A program made the translations under genes and the position numbers. From the NCBI RefSeq assembly GCF_041918875.1, contig NZ_JAYRUV010000015.1, positions 28,139 through 92,138 of the forward strand: a stretch of 64,000 bases of DNA. Direction: 5' to 3'. Below are positions 31,442-40,332 of this stretch, piece after piece (positions within the stretch are counted from its first letter, which is position 1; each line of letters opens with the position of its first letter). The notes under the pieces were generated by a model. The model was given only the letters and a program-made list of their open reading frames with translations. It did not search any database and had not been told where the DNA came from. The stretch comes from Dongia sp. Its GTDB lineage: Bacteria; Pseudomonadota; Alphaproteobacteria; Dongiales; Dongiaceae.

Positions 31442-32638
31442 TCAAACCGCCTTCAGCGCACCCAGCAGATCATCGGTCAGATCCGCCGCGTCCTCAAGCC
31501 CCACTGACAGGCGGATGAGCCCGTCGCCGATGCCTTGCTTGGCTTTCTGTTCGGCCGTCAGGCGCTGATGCGTCGTCGTCGCGGGATGCGTGGCGAGCGA
31601 TTTGGAATCGCCCAGATTGTTGGAGATCAGCACCAGTTCCAGCGCGTTGAGGAATCTGAACGCCGCCGCCTTGCCGCCGGCCAGGGACAGCGACAGCATG
31701 GTGCCGCCGCCACTCATCTGCCGCCGCGCCAGTTCCACCTGCGGGAAGCCGTCCAGCGTCGGGTAGTTCACTTCCGACAGCTTGGCATGGCCCTTGAGCG
31801 CCTGCGCGATCTTGAGCGACGTGTCGCATTGCTTCGCGACGCGCAAATCCAGCGTCTCCAGCCCCTTGAGGAGGATCCACGCATTCATCGGGCTGAGGCT
31901 CGGCCCCGTGTGGCGGATGAAGGGTTGCAGCGTCTCGTTGATATACTTCTCGGTCCCCAGGATCACACCGCCCAGGCACCGCCCCTGCCCGTCAATATGC
32001 TTGGTGGCGGAATAGACGACGACGTCGGCACCAAGTCGCAGCGGCTGCTGCAGCAAGGGCGTGGCGAACACATTGTCCACCACCACCGTGGCGCCGGCCT
32101 TGTGCGCAAGATCGCAGACGGCTTTGAGATCGACCAGCCGCAGGCCCGGATTGCTGGGGCTTTCCAGGAACACCGCCTTGGTCGGCTTGGCCAGTGCCGC
32201 CTGCCATTGGTTGAGATCGCGCCCGTCGACGAAGACCGTCTCGACGCCCCATTTCGGCAGGATCTCGGCCAGGATGAACTGGCACGACCCGAACAGGGCA
32301 TCGGAGGCGACAATCCGGTCGCCGGATTTCACCAGGCTGGCCAGGGCCGCGAACACCGCCGCCATGCCGGAAGATGTGGCGCGCGCGGCCTCGGCGCCCT
32401 CAAGCGCCGCCATGCGGCTCTCGAACATCGAAACCGTGGGATTGCCGAAGCGCGAATAGACGAAGCGCGGCTGGCTGTTGTCGAAGGCGGATTCGGCCTC
32501 TTCGGCCGAGGAATAGACATAGCCGGACGACATGTAGATCGTCTCCGACGTTTCCTTGAACTGGCTGCGGAGTTGCCCCGCATGCACCAGCTTCGTTGCC
32601 GCCTTCCAATTCGCTTTGATATCGCGCTTTACCGTCAT
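31442..32638 (-). CDS. metZ: O-succinylhomoserine sulfhydrylase
   Basis: RSQFKETSE, YSRFGNPT, SGMAAV, VVDNVFATP, YSATKHIDGQGR, SNNLGDSKS, RLSVGLE. Confidence 0.93.
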   Translation of the reverse strand: MTVKRDIKANWKAATKLVHAGQLRSQFKETSETIYMSSGYVYSSAEEAESAFDNSQPRFVYSRFGNPTVSMFESRMAALEGAEAARATSSGMAAVFAALASLVKSGDRIVASDALFGSCQFILAEILPKWGVETVFVDGRDLNQWQAALAKPTKAVFLESPSNPGLRLVDLKAVCDLAHKAGATVVVDNVFATPLLQQPLRLGADVVVYSATKHIDGQGRCLGGVILGTEKYINETLQPFIRHTGPSLSPMNAWILLKGLETLDLRVAKQCDTSLKIAQALKGHAKLSEVNYPTLDGFPQVELARRQMSGGGTMLSLSLAGGKAAAFRFLNALELVLISNNLGDSKSLATHPATTTHQRLTAEQKAKQGIGDGLIRLSVGLEDAADLTDDLLGALKAV

Positions 32639-32668
32639 GATCGCCTCGCATAGCCCGGAATCCGGGCA

Positions 32669-32700
32669 CAAAAAAACCCCGACCGATTAAGGCCGAGGTT
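32669..32700 (-). terminator. Intrinsic terminator in the metZ leader (riboswitch expression platform)
   Basis: Minus strand AACCTCGGCC-TTAATC-GGTCGGGGTT-TTTTT between aptamer and metZ start. Confidence 0.8.
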
Positions 32701-32721
32701 GCGCGAAAGATCGCCTTCCTG

Positions 32722-32776
32722 GACCTTTTAGCGTTTGATTTTACGTGGCCGCAATCCGGCACAAATCACCACGGAC
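32722..32776 (-). ncRNA. SAM-II (SAM-alpha) riboswitch
   Basis: Minus strand CCGTGGTGATTTGTGCCGGATTGCGGCCACGTAAAATCAAACGCTAAAAGG matches the SAM-alpha consensus; upstream of metZ. Confidence 0.92.
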
Positions 32777-32921
32777 CCCGGAAACCGGGTATCGGCGCCT
32801 GTTAAGCCATGATTGCCCCCGGCCTGTCAAGCGCTTGGGTCACATAAGAGCGTCTTGTTCAAGCATAGCGCCTCCACTATCAATAAGCGTGGCAAATGAC
32901 AGCGATTGATGGGGGAAATCA

Positions 32922-34079
32922 ATGAGCGAGATCAGTCCGGATCACAGCGGCGCCGTGGCGCAAGGCGGCTTCGGCAGCCGAGCCGGCGCGCCCACCCGCG
33001 CCCATTTCGTCTATGACGGGCGCCTCGGCGAACTCTACTGGATCTTCATCAAGAACACCCTGCTGATGCTGGTCACCTTCAGCATCTGGCGGTTCTGGGG
33101 CAAGACGCGCATCCGCCGTTACCTGTGGTCGCACACCAGCCTTGCCGGCGACCGCTTCGAATATACCGGCACGGGTGGCGAGCTTTTCGTCGGCTTCATC
33201 ATCGTCATGATCGCCTATGTCCTAGGCTCGATCGGCATCCAGGCACTCGGCATAGCCTTGGAGCCGGACTCACCCATTCTCCTGGTGCTGCAGCTGGGTG
33301 TCTCCTTCCTCATTCTCTATCTGGTGTTTGTCGCGCAGTATGCGGCCCAGCGCTATCGCCTGACCCGCACGCTATGGCGCGGCATCAATGGCGGCATGAC
33401 CGGCTCGGCCTGGAAATGGGGAATGAAGGGGATGTGGTTCTCCATCCTCTCCCTCCTGTCGCTCACCCTCGCCTGGCCCTGGGCGCAGATGCGCTTGCTG
33501 AGCGACCGCGTCAATCATTCTTATTTCGGCGACGCGAAGGCCAGCGCGACATTGAAATCCGCAAATGTGTATAAAGCTTACTTTGTGTCGCTCGCGGTAT
33601 TTCTCGTTACCTTTCTTTTCGTGGGGGGCTTTGCCAGTTTAGTCTATGGTTTAATGAACCTAGGCGGCATCGCGAGTGGACAAATGCAGGGTCCGGCTTC
33701 CAACTCGGAGATGGTCGCCGCCTCCCTACCCATACTGGTGATCTTGATCGCCTACGTCTTTATTGCGCCCATAGCCTATAGTTTCTACGTGGTCGCAGTG
33801 GCTCGGGAAGTAGCTTCAACGCTGGAGCTGGGCGGTCTTCGCTTCGCAACGCCGATCACCACGGGCCGCTTGGTCAGCCGCTACTTCTGGAACATCGTCA
33901 TCATCGTGTTCACGTTCGGCCTGGGCTTGCCGATCGCGATTCACCGCACCATGTTGTTCCTCAGTCGCAATATCGAGATCATCGGCGAAATCGACGGTTC
34001 AGCCATCACCCGCGCCGAACTGCCGCGGCCCAAATTCGGCGAAGGCCTGCTGGAGGCGTTCGATCCTGGGATATTGTGA
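32922..34079 (+). CDS. DUF898/YjgN family membrane protein
   Basis: NTLLMLVTFSIWRFWGKTRIRRYLWSHT, DRFEYTGTGGELFVG, RYRLTRTLWRGI. Confidence 0.88.
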   Translation: MSEISPDHSGAVAQGGFGSRAGAPTRAHFVYDGRLGELYWIFIKNTLLMLVTFSIWRFWGKTRIRRYLWSHTSLAGDRFEYTGTGGELFVGFIIVMIAYVLGSIGIQALGIALEPDSPILLVLQLGVSFLILYLVFVAQYAAQRYRLTRTLWRGINGGMTGSAWKWGMKGMWFSILSLLSLTLAWPWAQMRLLSDRVNHSYFGDAKASATLKSANVYKAYFVSLAVFLVTFLFVGGFASLVYGLMNLGGIASGQMQGPASNSEMVAASLPILVILIAYVFIAPIAYSFYVVAVAREVASTLELGGLRFATPITTGRLVSRYFWNIVIIVFTFGLGLPIAIHRTMLFLSRNIEIIGEIDGSAITRAELPRPKFGEGLLEAFDPGIL

Positions 34080-34094
34080 GTGGTATTCCTTTTC

Positions 34095-34186
34095 CTGTCA
34101 TGGCCCGCGCAGGCGGGCCATCCACGAGTTTGTGTGCGGCTAATGAAAGAACTCGTGGATGCCCCGGCCAAGCCGGGACATGACAG
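34095..34186. repeat. REP-like element, family B (GTCAT...ATGAC), composite inverted repeat
   Basis: CTGTCATGGCCCGCGCAGGCGGGCCATCCACGAGTT ... AACTCGTGGATGCCCCGGCCAAGCCGGGACATGACAG. Confidence 0.85.
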
Positions 34187-34211
34187 CGTAGTATAACGAA
34201 CGAGGACCATC

Positions 34212-35291
34212 TTGCCCGACGACCGCTTTTACGACGGCCACACCGCCACCGCGCATCGCATCGCCATTACGTTGATGGGCTCAACCATCATCATCGGCTC
34301 GGCCGAGAACCCGAACCTCGCCCGCTGGCCGGCCGGCGACATGCGCGTCATCGATGCCAACAAGGTGACCGGTGCCATCAATTTCGGCCGCCTCAGCGAT
34401 CCGGCGCCGCGCCTCGTCCTGCATGAATCGCCCTCCCGGCAAGACCTGCTCGACACCTATCCGCACCTCAAGCATTGGAAGGCGCGCGCGATGAAGCGCG
34501 GCTGGTCGGTGGGCCTCGCCTGGACGCTGGCTGGCATCCTCATCGCCACCGGCTGCTATTTCGCCTGGCGCGATGGCAGCGCCTATCTCGCCCGCTTTGT
34601 CCCGAAGACCTGGGAACAGCGCCTGGGCGCCCATATCTACAAGGCGATTACCAAGAACCTCACCGTCTGCGAAGGTACGGCAGGCAAGGCCGCCATGCGC
34701 AAGCTGGTCGATCGCCTGGCACCGCCGCAGCTCCTGAAGGACACCGCCAAGAAGCAGGACGGCATCACCATCGATGTAGTCGACCTCAAACTGCCCAATG
34801 CCTTCGCCCTGCCCGGCGATCATGTCATGGTGACCAGCGGCCTCATCGAGCTTGCCGGCTCGCCCGACATGGTTTCCGGCGTCGTGGCGCATGAAATCGC
34901 CCATCTCGACCTGCGCCATCCGACGCAAAGCGCCATCAGCAATCTGGGCATAAGCGCCACGGTGAGTATCATCCTGGGCGGCTCCGGCGTCGGCGACGTG
35001 GCGACCCTCCTCACCGTGATGTCCTATTCCAGGAAGATGGAGCAGGAAGCCGATTATCGCGGGCTGGAACTCCTCAAGAATGCGAACCTCCGCGCCGATG
35101 GCATGGCGGAGTTCTTCAAGGTGATGAAGGACAAGTTCGAAAAGGACGGCGACAGCATCATCCCCGATTGGCTGGCGAGCCACCCCGGCCTCACTGAACG
35201 CGCCGAATACACCAAGGCCGACAGCACCGGCACCACCGCCATGACCGACGCCGAATGGCAAAGCGTCAAGGGTATCTGCAAGGTGAAGTAG
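34212..35291 (+). CDS. M48 family metallopeptidase, usual partner of DUF898
   Basis: PNAFALPG, VAHEIAH (HExxH), YSRKMEQEAD, WLASHP; TTG start with GAGGA RBS. Confidence 0.9.
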   Translation: MPDDRFYDGHTATAHRIAITLMGSTIIIGSAENPNLARWPAGDMRVIDANKVTGAINFGRLSDPAPRLVLHESPSRQDLLDTYPHLKHWKARAMKRGWSVGLAWTLAGILIATGCYFAWRDGSAYLARFVPKTWEQRLGAHIYKAITKNLTVCEGTAGKAAMRKLVDRLAPPQLLKDTAKKQDGITIDVVDLKLPNAFALPGDHVMVTSGLIELAGSPDMVSGVVAHEIAHLDLRHPTQSAISNLGISATVSIILGGSGVGDVATLLTVMSYSRKMEQEADYRGLELLKNANLRADGMAEFFKVMKDKFEKDGDSIIPDWLASHPGLTERAEYTKADSTGTTAMTDAEWQSVKGICKVK

Positions 35292-35295
35292 ACGG

Positions 35296-36864
35296 CTACC
35301 GCCTCGTCATGGTCCGCGAAGGCGGGCCATCCACGAACTCACCAATTAATGACTCTAACACGGGCTGTTCGGATGACAGCCGATCCAATCCGAAACGCTC
35401 CAGCCTTGCTGCGACCGCTGCGGGCAAGGGCGGCACCTGGTGCGTGTTCATGATGGTCTTGAGATCGGCATCGATCCGCTCGAACAACTCCTCATCCGCC
35501 CGGTCGCTGTTGCTCAACGGAATGTTGGGGCCGAAATAGCGCGAATTCCAGACCTGCGACCGGCAATGCCGCGCGGTATGGATCTGGCCCAGGAAATTGC
35601 CGCGCGGACCCACGTCGCGGGCGATATCGAGCGCCAGTTGTTCGTCATCGACCGCAATCCCCTGCCACATTTTTCGCAGCAGCATGGCAAGATCGTTGGA
35701 GAGCAGCAGCGCCTGCAGCGAATAGGTGAGGCCCTGGTCGAGCGAACCCAGATAGTGGCAGGTGGCCGGGCGGCTGAAGAAGGCCTGCATCAGGCTCGAT
35801 GAAATTTCCCACACCGCATCCTGGTTGAAACGCCGCGCCACCGACGAGCCGGCGATGCTGGTGAGCGACGGCAGGCAGAGATGCCGGCGGATTTGCGCCG
35901 CCGCCAGATCGCCGAGCGATGCCTGCGCGAAACTGCCGATCGCCCCCGTGGCCGGTTCCATGAAATTGACGTCGGAACTGCCGATACAGAACGCTCCCGG
36001 CCGCACGGCCTGCGCCAGCACCATGCCGGCGAAATCCGTCGCCAGGCAATGGACGAGGCATCCGGCCAGCGTGATCGGCGATGATGCGCCGCCGATGGCG
36101 ACCGTGCCGGTCGAAACGGGCACGCCGGTTCGCGCCGCCAGGATGATCTGCTCGATATGGCTGGCGGCGTAGCTCAGCGGCAGGGGTGTCACGATCTGCA
36201 GGAAATAGGGCTTCGCGCGCAATGCCTCCGCACCGCCGCGGACAATGCGCGCCATCTCGATCGCCGTGGCCAATGAGGACGCATTCTCGCACAGATAGAA
36301 TAGCGGCTTCTCCGTGTTCTCCACGAGGCACAGGAACTCGTCGACCTCCCCCGCCGCATCGGACCGCGCGACGTTCTTGCAGGCGACGCAGACGCCGTCG
36401 ATATGGCTCAGCGCGTCGGCCACCCGCGCGATCGTCGCCAGATCCGCCCGCATGCTCTCGCGCGGGGCACCCGTCACCGGGTCGAAGACCTTGATGCAAG
36501 TCATGCCGGGAATGAACCAGCTATGTTCGCAATCGATATCGATCGCCGCGGCGCCGGACCGGTTCCACAATGCGACGCTGCGCGCCGTGGTCGCCAGGGC
36601 GCGGCGCGTCACCTCCACCGGAATGCGCACGATGCCGTCGCCGCTCACCTCGCAGCCGGCCCGTCGCAGCAATGCATCCGCTTCCGTCCCCGGCTCGAAA
36701 CAGGCGCCGCTGTCCGCCAGCAGATGCAGCGCCGCCTCCAATATCCGGGCGACGCCGTCCTGGTCCAGGGGGCTGTAAGGAATGCTGGCCGCCGAATGCA
36801 GGCCGGACATCTTGGCCGGCGCCATGTCGCCACCGTTGAATCCACGCGCCAATTTCCGCCGCAT
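35296..36864 (-). CDS. Trimethylamine:corrinoid methyltransferase family (MttB), non-pyrrolysine
   Basis: ILEAALHLLADSG, PLPLSY, GGASSPITLAG, QAVRPGA, LGSLDQGLTYS, VGPRGNFLG..HT; no in-frame TAG. Confidence 0.85.
   Translation of the reverse strand: MRRKLARGFNGGDMAPAKMSGLHSAASIPYSPLDQDGVARILEAALHLLADSGACFEPGTEADALLRRAGCEVSGDGIVRIPVEVTRRALATTARSVALWNRSGAAAIDIDCEHSWFIPGMTCIKVFDPVTGAPRESMRADLATIARVADALSHIDGVCVACKNVARSDAAGEVDEFLCLVENTEKPLFYLCENASSLATAIEMARIVRGGAEALRAKPYFLQIVTPLPLSYAASHIEQIILAARTGVPVSTGTVAIGGASSPITLAGCLVHCLATDFAGMVLAQAVRPGAFCIGSSDVNFMEPATGAIGSFAQASLGDLAAAQIRRHLCLPSLTSIAGSSVARRFNQDAVWEISSSLMQAFFSRPATCHYLGSLDQGLTYSLQALLLSNDLAMLLRKMWQGIAVDDEQLALDIARDVGPRGNFLGQIHTARHCRSQVWNSRYFGPNIPLSNSDRADEELFERIDADLKTIMNTHQVPPLPAAVAARLERFGLDRLSSEQPVLESLIGEFVDGPPSRTMTRR
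35305..35340. repeat. REP-like family B half element inside the 3' end of the mttB-like gene
   Basis: CGTCATGGTCCGCGAAGGCGGGCCATCCACGAA versus TGTCATGGCCCGCGCAGGCGGGCCATCCACGAG at 34096. Confidence 0.8.
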
Positions 36865-36884
36865 GCGTTTCCCCCATTTCTGAT

Positions 36885-36902
36885 ATTGAATGAATGTTCA
36901 AT
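36885..36902. promoter_or_regulatory. Palindromic operator (TTGAAY-N4-RTTCAA) upstream of the mttB-like gene
   Basis: ATTGAATGAATGTTCAAT, 20 bp upstream of the start; same motif twice at 40281-40315. Confidence 0.65.
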
Positions 36903-37258
36903 CAAAATCATGCCAAAGGAAAGGGGAAATTCGGGCTGGCGACGATTCGGCGCGGCCTGTAGGCTTCCTTGCGGGGTGCCGATGCGCGCCCTTCGCGAAA
37001 TGAACCCGACCCGAAGATCCGGGTTTTCCAATGGCTTTCGTTTAGCGTCGCGCCGATGAGATTAGTAATATAATTTCATGATCTTTCAGTGGATTGGCCA
37101 TTTATTTGCCGCCGGAACATGATTAACGTATTTTTGTAACACGCCCTACTTGACGATGCTGCAAGCGCGAAGGCAGGATATTGTTCATGCTGCAACGGCT
37201 AAGTCACCCGCGAAGAGGTGGCCGCCGCAGCGCCAGCCAAGGATGGGAAGACGACATC

Positions 37259-38581
37259 ATGAGTGAGACGGCCAAGATCGTAGCGATCGAAAGCAAACCC
37301 GGCGATGCCAAGGCGCCCCCCCCGAAGGCGGCGCCCGTCACCGGGAAGAACATCTACGAAATCGGCGAAATTCCGCCCCTGGGGTATCTGCCGCCGCAGA
37401 TGTATGCCTGGGCCATCCGCCGCGACCGCCACGGCCCGCCCGAGACCGCGATGCTGGTTGAAGCTGTCGCCACACCGCAACCCGACCAGGACGAAGTCAT
37501 CGTCATGGTGATGGCGGCCGGCGTGAACTATAACGGCGTCTGGGCGGCGCTCGGTAAGCCCATCTCCACCTTCGACGTGCACAAGGCCGCATATCACATC
37601 GCCGGATCGGATGCCGCCGGCATCGTCTGGGCGGTGGGCTCCAAGGTGAAACGCTGGAAGGTCGGCGATGAAGTCGTCGTGCATTGCAATCAGGACGATG
37701 GCGATGACGAGGAATGCAATGGCGGCGACCCGATGTTCTCGCCTAGTCAGCGGATCTGGGGCTATGAAACGCCGGACGGATCCTTTGCCCAGTTCTGCAA
37801 GGTGCAGGGCCGCCAGCTCATGCAGCGCCCCAAGCATCTCACCTGGGAGGAAAGCGCGTGCTATACGCTGACGCTCGCCACCGCCTATCGCATGCTGTTC
37901 GGCCATCGCCCGCATATCCTGCGCCCGGGCCATAACGTTCTCATCTGGGGCGCCTCGGGCGGCCTCGGCTCCATGGCGGTGCAGCTCTGCGCCACCGCCG
38001 GCGCCAATCCGATCGGCATCATTTCGGATGAATCGAAGCGTGAATTCGTCATGTCCCTGGGTGCCAAGGGCGTCATCAACCGCAATGATTTCGATTGCTG
38101 GGGACAATTGCCCGACGTCGACGATACCGACGGCTATAACGATTACATGAAGAAGTGCCGCGCCTTCGGCAAGGCGATCTGGGACATCACCGGCAAGGGC
38201 ATCGATGTCGATTTCGTCTTCGAGCATCCGGGCGAACAGACTTTCCCCGTCTCCTGCTTCGTCGTGAAGCGCGGCGGCATGGTCGTCTTCTGCGCCGGCA
38301 CCACCGGCTACAATCTCACCTTCGACGCGCGCTTCGTCTGGATGCGCCAGAAGCGTATCCAAGGCAGCCATTTCGCCAACCTGCTGCAGGCAAGCCAGGC
38401 CAATCACCTGGTCGTCGAGCGGCGCATCGACCCTTGCATGTCGGAAGTGTTCGGCTGGGACGACATCCCCGCTGCCCATACCAAAATGTGGAAGAACCAG
38501 CACAAACCCGGCAACATGGCCGTGCTGATTCAGGCCAAGCGTCCGGGTCGGCGCACCCTCGAAGACTGCGTGGAGGAGTAA
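37259..38581 (+). CDS. ccr: Crotonyl-CoA carboxylase/reductase
   Basis: VMAAGVNYNGVWA, HIAGSD, VHCNQDDGDDEECNGGDPM, IWGYETPDGSFAQF, WMRQKRIQGSHFA. Confidence 0.97.
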   Translation: MSETAKIVAIESKPGDAKAPPPKAAPVTGKNIYEIGEIPPLGYLPPQMYAWAIRRDRHGPPETAMLVEAVATPQPDQDEVIVMVMAAGVNYNGVWAALGKPISTFDVHKAAYHIAGSDAAGIVWAVGSKVKRWKVGDEVVVHCNQDDGDDEECNGGDPMFSPSQRIWGYETPDGSFAQFCKVQGRQLMQRPKHLTWEESACYTLTLATAYRMLFGHRPHILRPGHNVLIWGASGGLGSMAVQLCATAGANPIGIISDESKREFVMSLGAKGVINRNDFDCWGQLPDVDDTDGYNDYMKKCRAFGKAIWDITGKGIDVDFVFEHPGEQTFPVSCFVVKRGGMVVFCAGTTGYNLTFDARFVWMRQKRIQGSHFANLLQASQANHLVVERRIDPCMSEVFGWDDIPAAHTKMWKNQHKPGNMAVLIQAKRPGRRTLEDCVEE

Positions 38582-40248
38582 TGTCCGCCATCTTGCGCGA
38601 GGAAGGAGCGGCGGCTTCGCCGCTCCTCTCAGATCTGCTTGTCCGTGCCCGGAAGAGTCTCACAGCCGCGCAAGCCATTCTCGACGATGTGCGGGGCCGC
38701 CTGATCGGCCGAGTTACCGCCGGCGGCCGCGTCGATGCCAAGGCGCTCGATGCGCAGCAATTCGTCGCCCACGGGCTTTCCTGGCTGGCCACCTATGTGA
38801 CGGGCCTCGAACAGATGCTGGGCTGGGCCGGGCGCCTGGATGGCAGCGGCCGCTTCGGCGAACGCGAACAGCTCATCCTGCAGATCGCCTTTGGCGAATA
38901 TCTCTCGCAGATCAAAGGCGGCTGGCCGATGGCCCAAGGCGAAATCGTGCGCCTTGGCGATTACGGCCTCGATGCCAGTGCCGCGAAATTCGATGAGGCC
39001 CTGCAGAATGACGGCAACAGTTCCGCCGCGCGATCACGCCTTGCCGATCTCATCGTCGAAGGCGAGTTCGGCGAAGCGGCGCTCGACGACGAAGCGCTCG
39101 CCATCGTCCGCGACCAGTTCCATGCCTTTGCCGCCGACCATGTCGAAGCGGCGCATCAATGGCATTTGAAGGACGAACTCATTCCGCTCGATGTCATCGG
39201 TGAGCTTGCAGAGATGGGCGTCTTCGGCCTCACCGTGCCGGAGGAATTCGGCGGTTCCGGCATGGGCAAGCTCGCCATGTGCGTGGTGACCGAGGAACTC
39301 TCGCGCGGCTATATCGGGCTGGGCTCGCTGGGCACACGCTCGGAAATCGCCGCCGAACTCATCCGCCTGGGCGGCACCGAAGAACAGCGGCGGCAATGGC
39401 TGCCCAGGATCGCCAGCGGCGAGATCCTGCCGACCGCCGTCTTCACCGAGCCCAATACCGGCTCGGACCTCGGATCCTTGCGCACGCGCGCGGTGAAGGA
39501 CGGCGATGTCTATCGCGTCACCGGCAACAAGACCTGGATCACCCATGCGGCCCGTACCGATGTGATGACTCTGCTGGCTCGCACCGATCCCAATTCCAGC
39601 GACTATCGCGGGCTTTCCATGTTCCTCGCCGAAAAGCCGCGCGGCACGGCGAACGAACCCTTCCCGGCCAAAGGCATGAGCGGTGGCGAGATTGGCGTGC
39701 TCGGCTATCGCGGCATGAAGGAATATGAGCTGGGTTTCGATGGTTTCGAGGTCAAGGCCGCGAACCTGCTGGGCGGCGTCGAAGGCCAGGGCTTCAAGCA
39801 GCTGATGGCGACATTCGAGTCAGCGCGCATCCAGACCGCCGCACGCGCGGTCGGCGTCGCGCAGTGCGCCATGGAACTCGGCCTCAAATACGCGAAAGAG
39901 CGCGTGCAATTCGGCGCGCCGATCTACAGCTTCCCGCGCATCCACGGCAAGCTCGCCTGGATGGCGGTCGAAACCATGATCGCACGCCAGCTCACTTATT
40001 TCGCCGCGCGCGAAAAGGACAGCGAGCGGCGCTGCGATATTCCGGCCGGCATGGCGAAGCTCCTCGGCGCCCGCGTCGCCTGGTCGAACGCCGACAACGC
40101 CTTGCAGATCCATGGCGGCAACGGCTACGCCCAGGAATACAAGATCAGCCGCGTGCTATGTGACGCGCGAATCCTGAACATCTTCGAGGGCGCGGCGGAG
40201 ATCCAGGCCCAGGTCGTGGCGCGTGGGTTGCTGAGCGGACGGAACTGA
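38581..40248 (+). CDS. mcd: (2S)-methylsuccinyl-CoA dehydrogenase
   Basis: Extended acyl-CoA dehydrogenase with QFVAHGLSWLATY N-domain, AVFTEPNTGSDL, VLGYRGMKEY, DARILNIFEGAAEIQA; TAATG coupling to ccr. Confidence 0.9.
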   Translation: MSAILREEGAAASPLLSDLLVRARKSLTAAQAILDDVRGRLIGRVTAGGRVDAKALDAQQFVAHGLSWLATYVTGLEQMLGWAGRLDGSGRFGEREQLILQIAFGEYLSQIKGGWPMAQGEIVRLGDYGLDASAAKFDEALQNDGNSSAARSRLADLIVEGEFGEAALDDEALAIVRDQFHAFAADHVEAAHQWHLKDELIPLDVIGELAEMGVFGLTVPEEFGGSGMGKLAMCVVTEELSRGYIGLGSLGTRSEIAAELIRLGGTEEQRRQWLPRIASGEILPTAVFTEPNTGSDLGSLRTRAVKDGDVYRVTGNKTWITHAARTDVMTLLARTDPNSSDYRGLSMFLAEKPRGTANEPFPAKGMSGGEIGVLGYRGMKEYELGFDGFEVKAANLLGGVEGQGFKQLMATFESARIQTAARAVGVAQCAMELGLKYAKERVQFGAPIYSFPRIHGKLAWMAVETMIARQLTYFAAREKDSERRCDIPAGMAKLLGARVAWSNADNALQIHGGNGYAQEYKISRVLCDARILNIFEGAAEIQAQVVARGLLSGRN

Positions 40249-40277
40249 GTCCCCAAGGGCGATTGACATCGGCCTTG

Positions 40278-40315
40278 GAATTGAACGATCATTCAATTCT
40301 TGAATGCTCATTCAG
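40278..40315. promoter_or_regulatory. Two tandem palindromic operators just downstream of a TTGACA -35 element (40263-40268)
   Basis: GAATTGAACGATCATTCAATTC and TTGAATGCTCATTCAG. Confidence 0.7.
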
Positions 40316-40332
40316 TTCCAAGGCCGGTTTCC

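Noticed and set aside
35296-36864. Possible pyrrolysine recoding in the MttB homolog
   Set aside because: The ORF is open with no in-frame TAG, and no pyl genes are present.
38155-38580. Apparent N-terminal extension of the mcd ORF
   Set aside because: It overlaps ccr out of frame; the real start is the TAATG-coupled ATG at 38581 with a GGAGGAG RBS.
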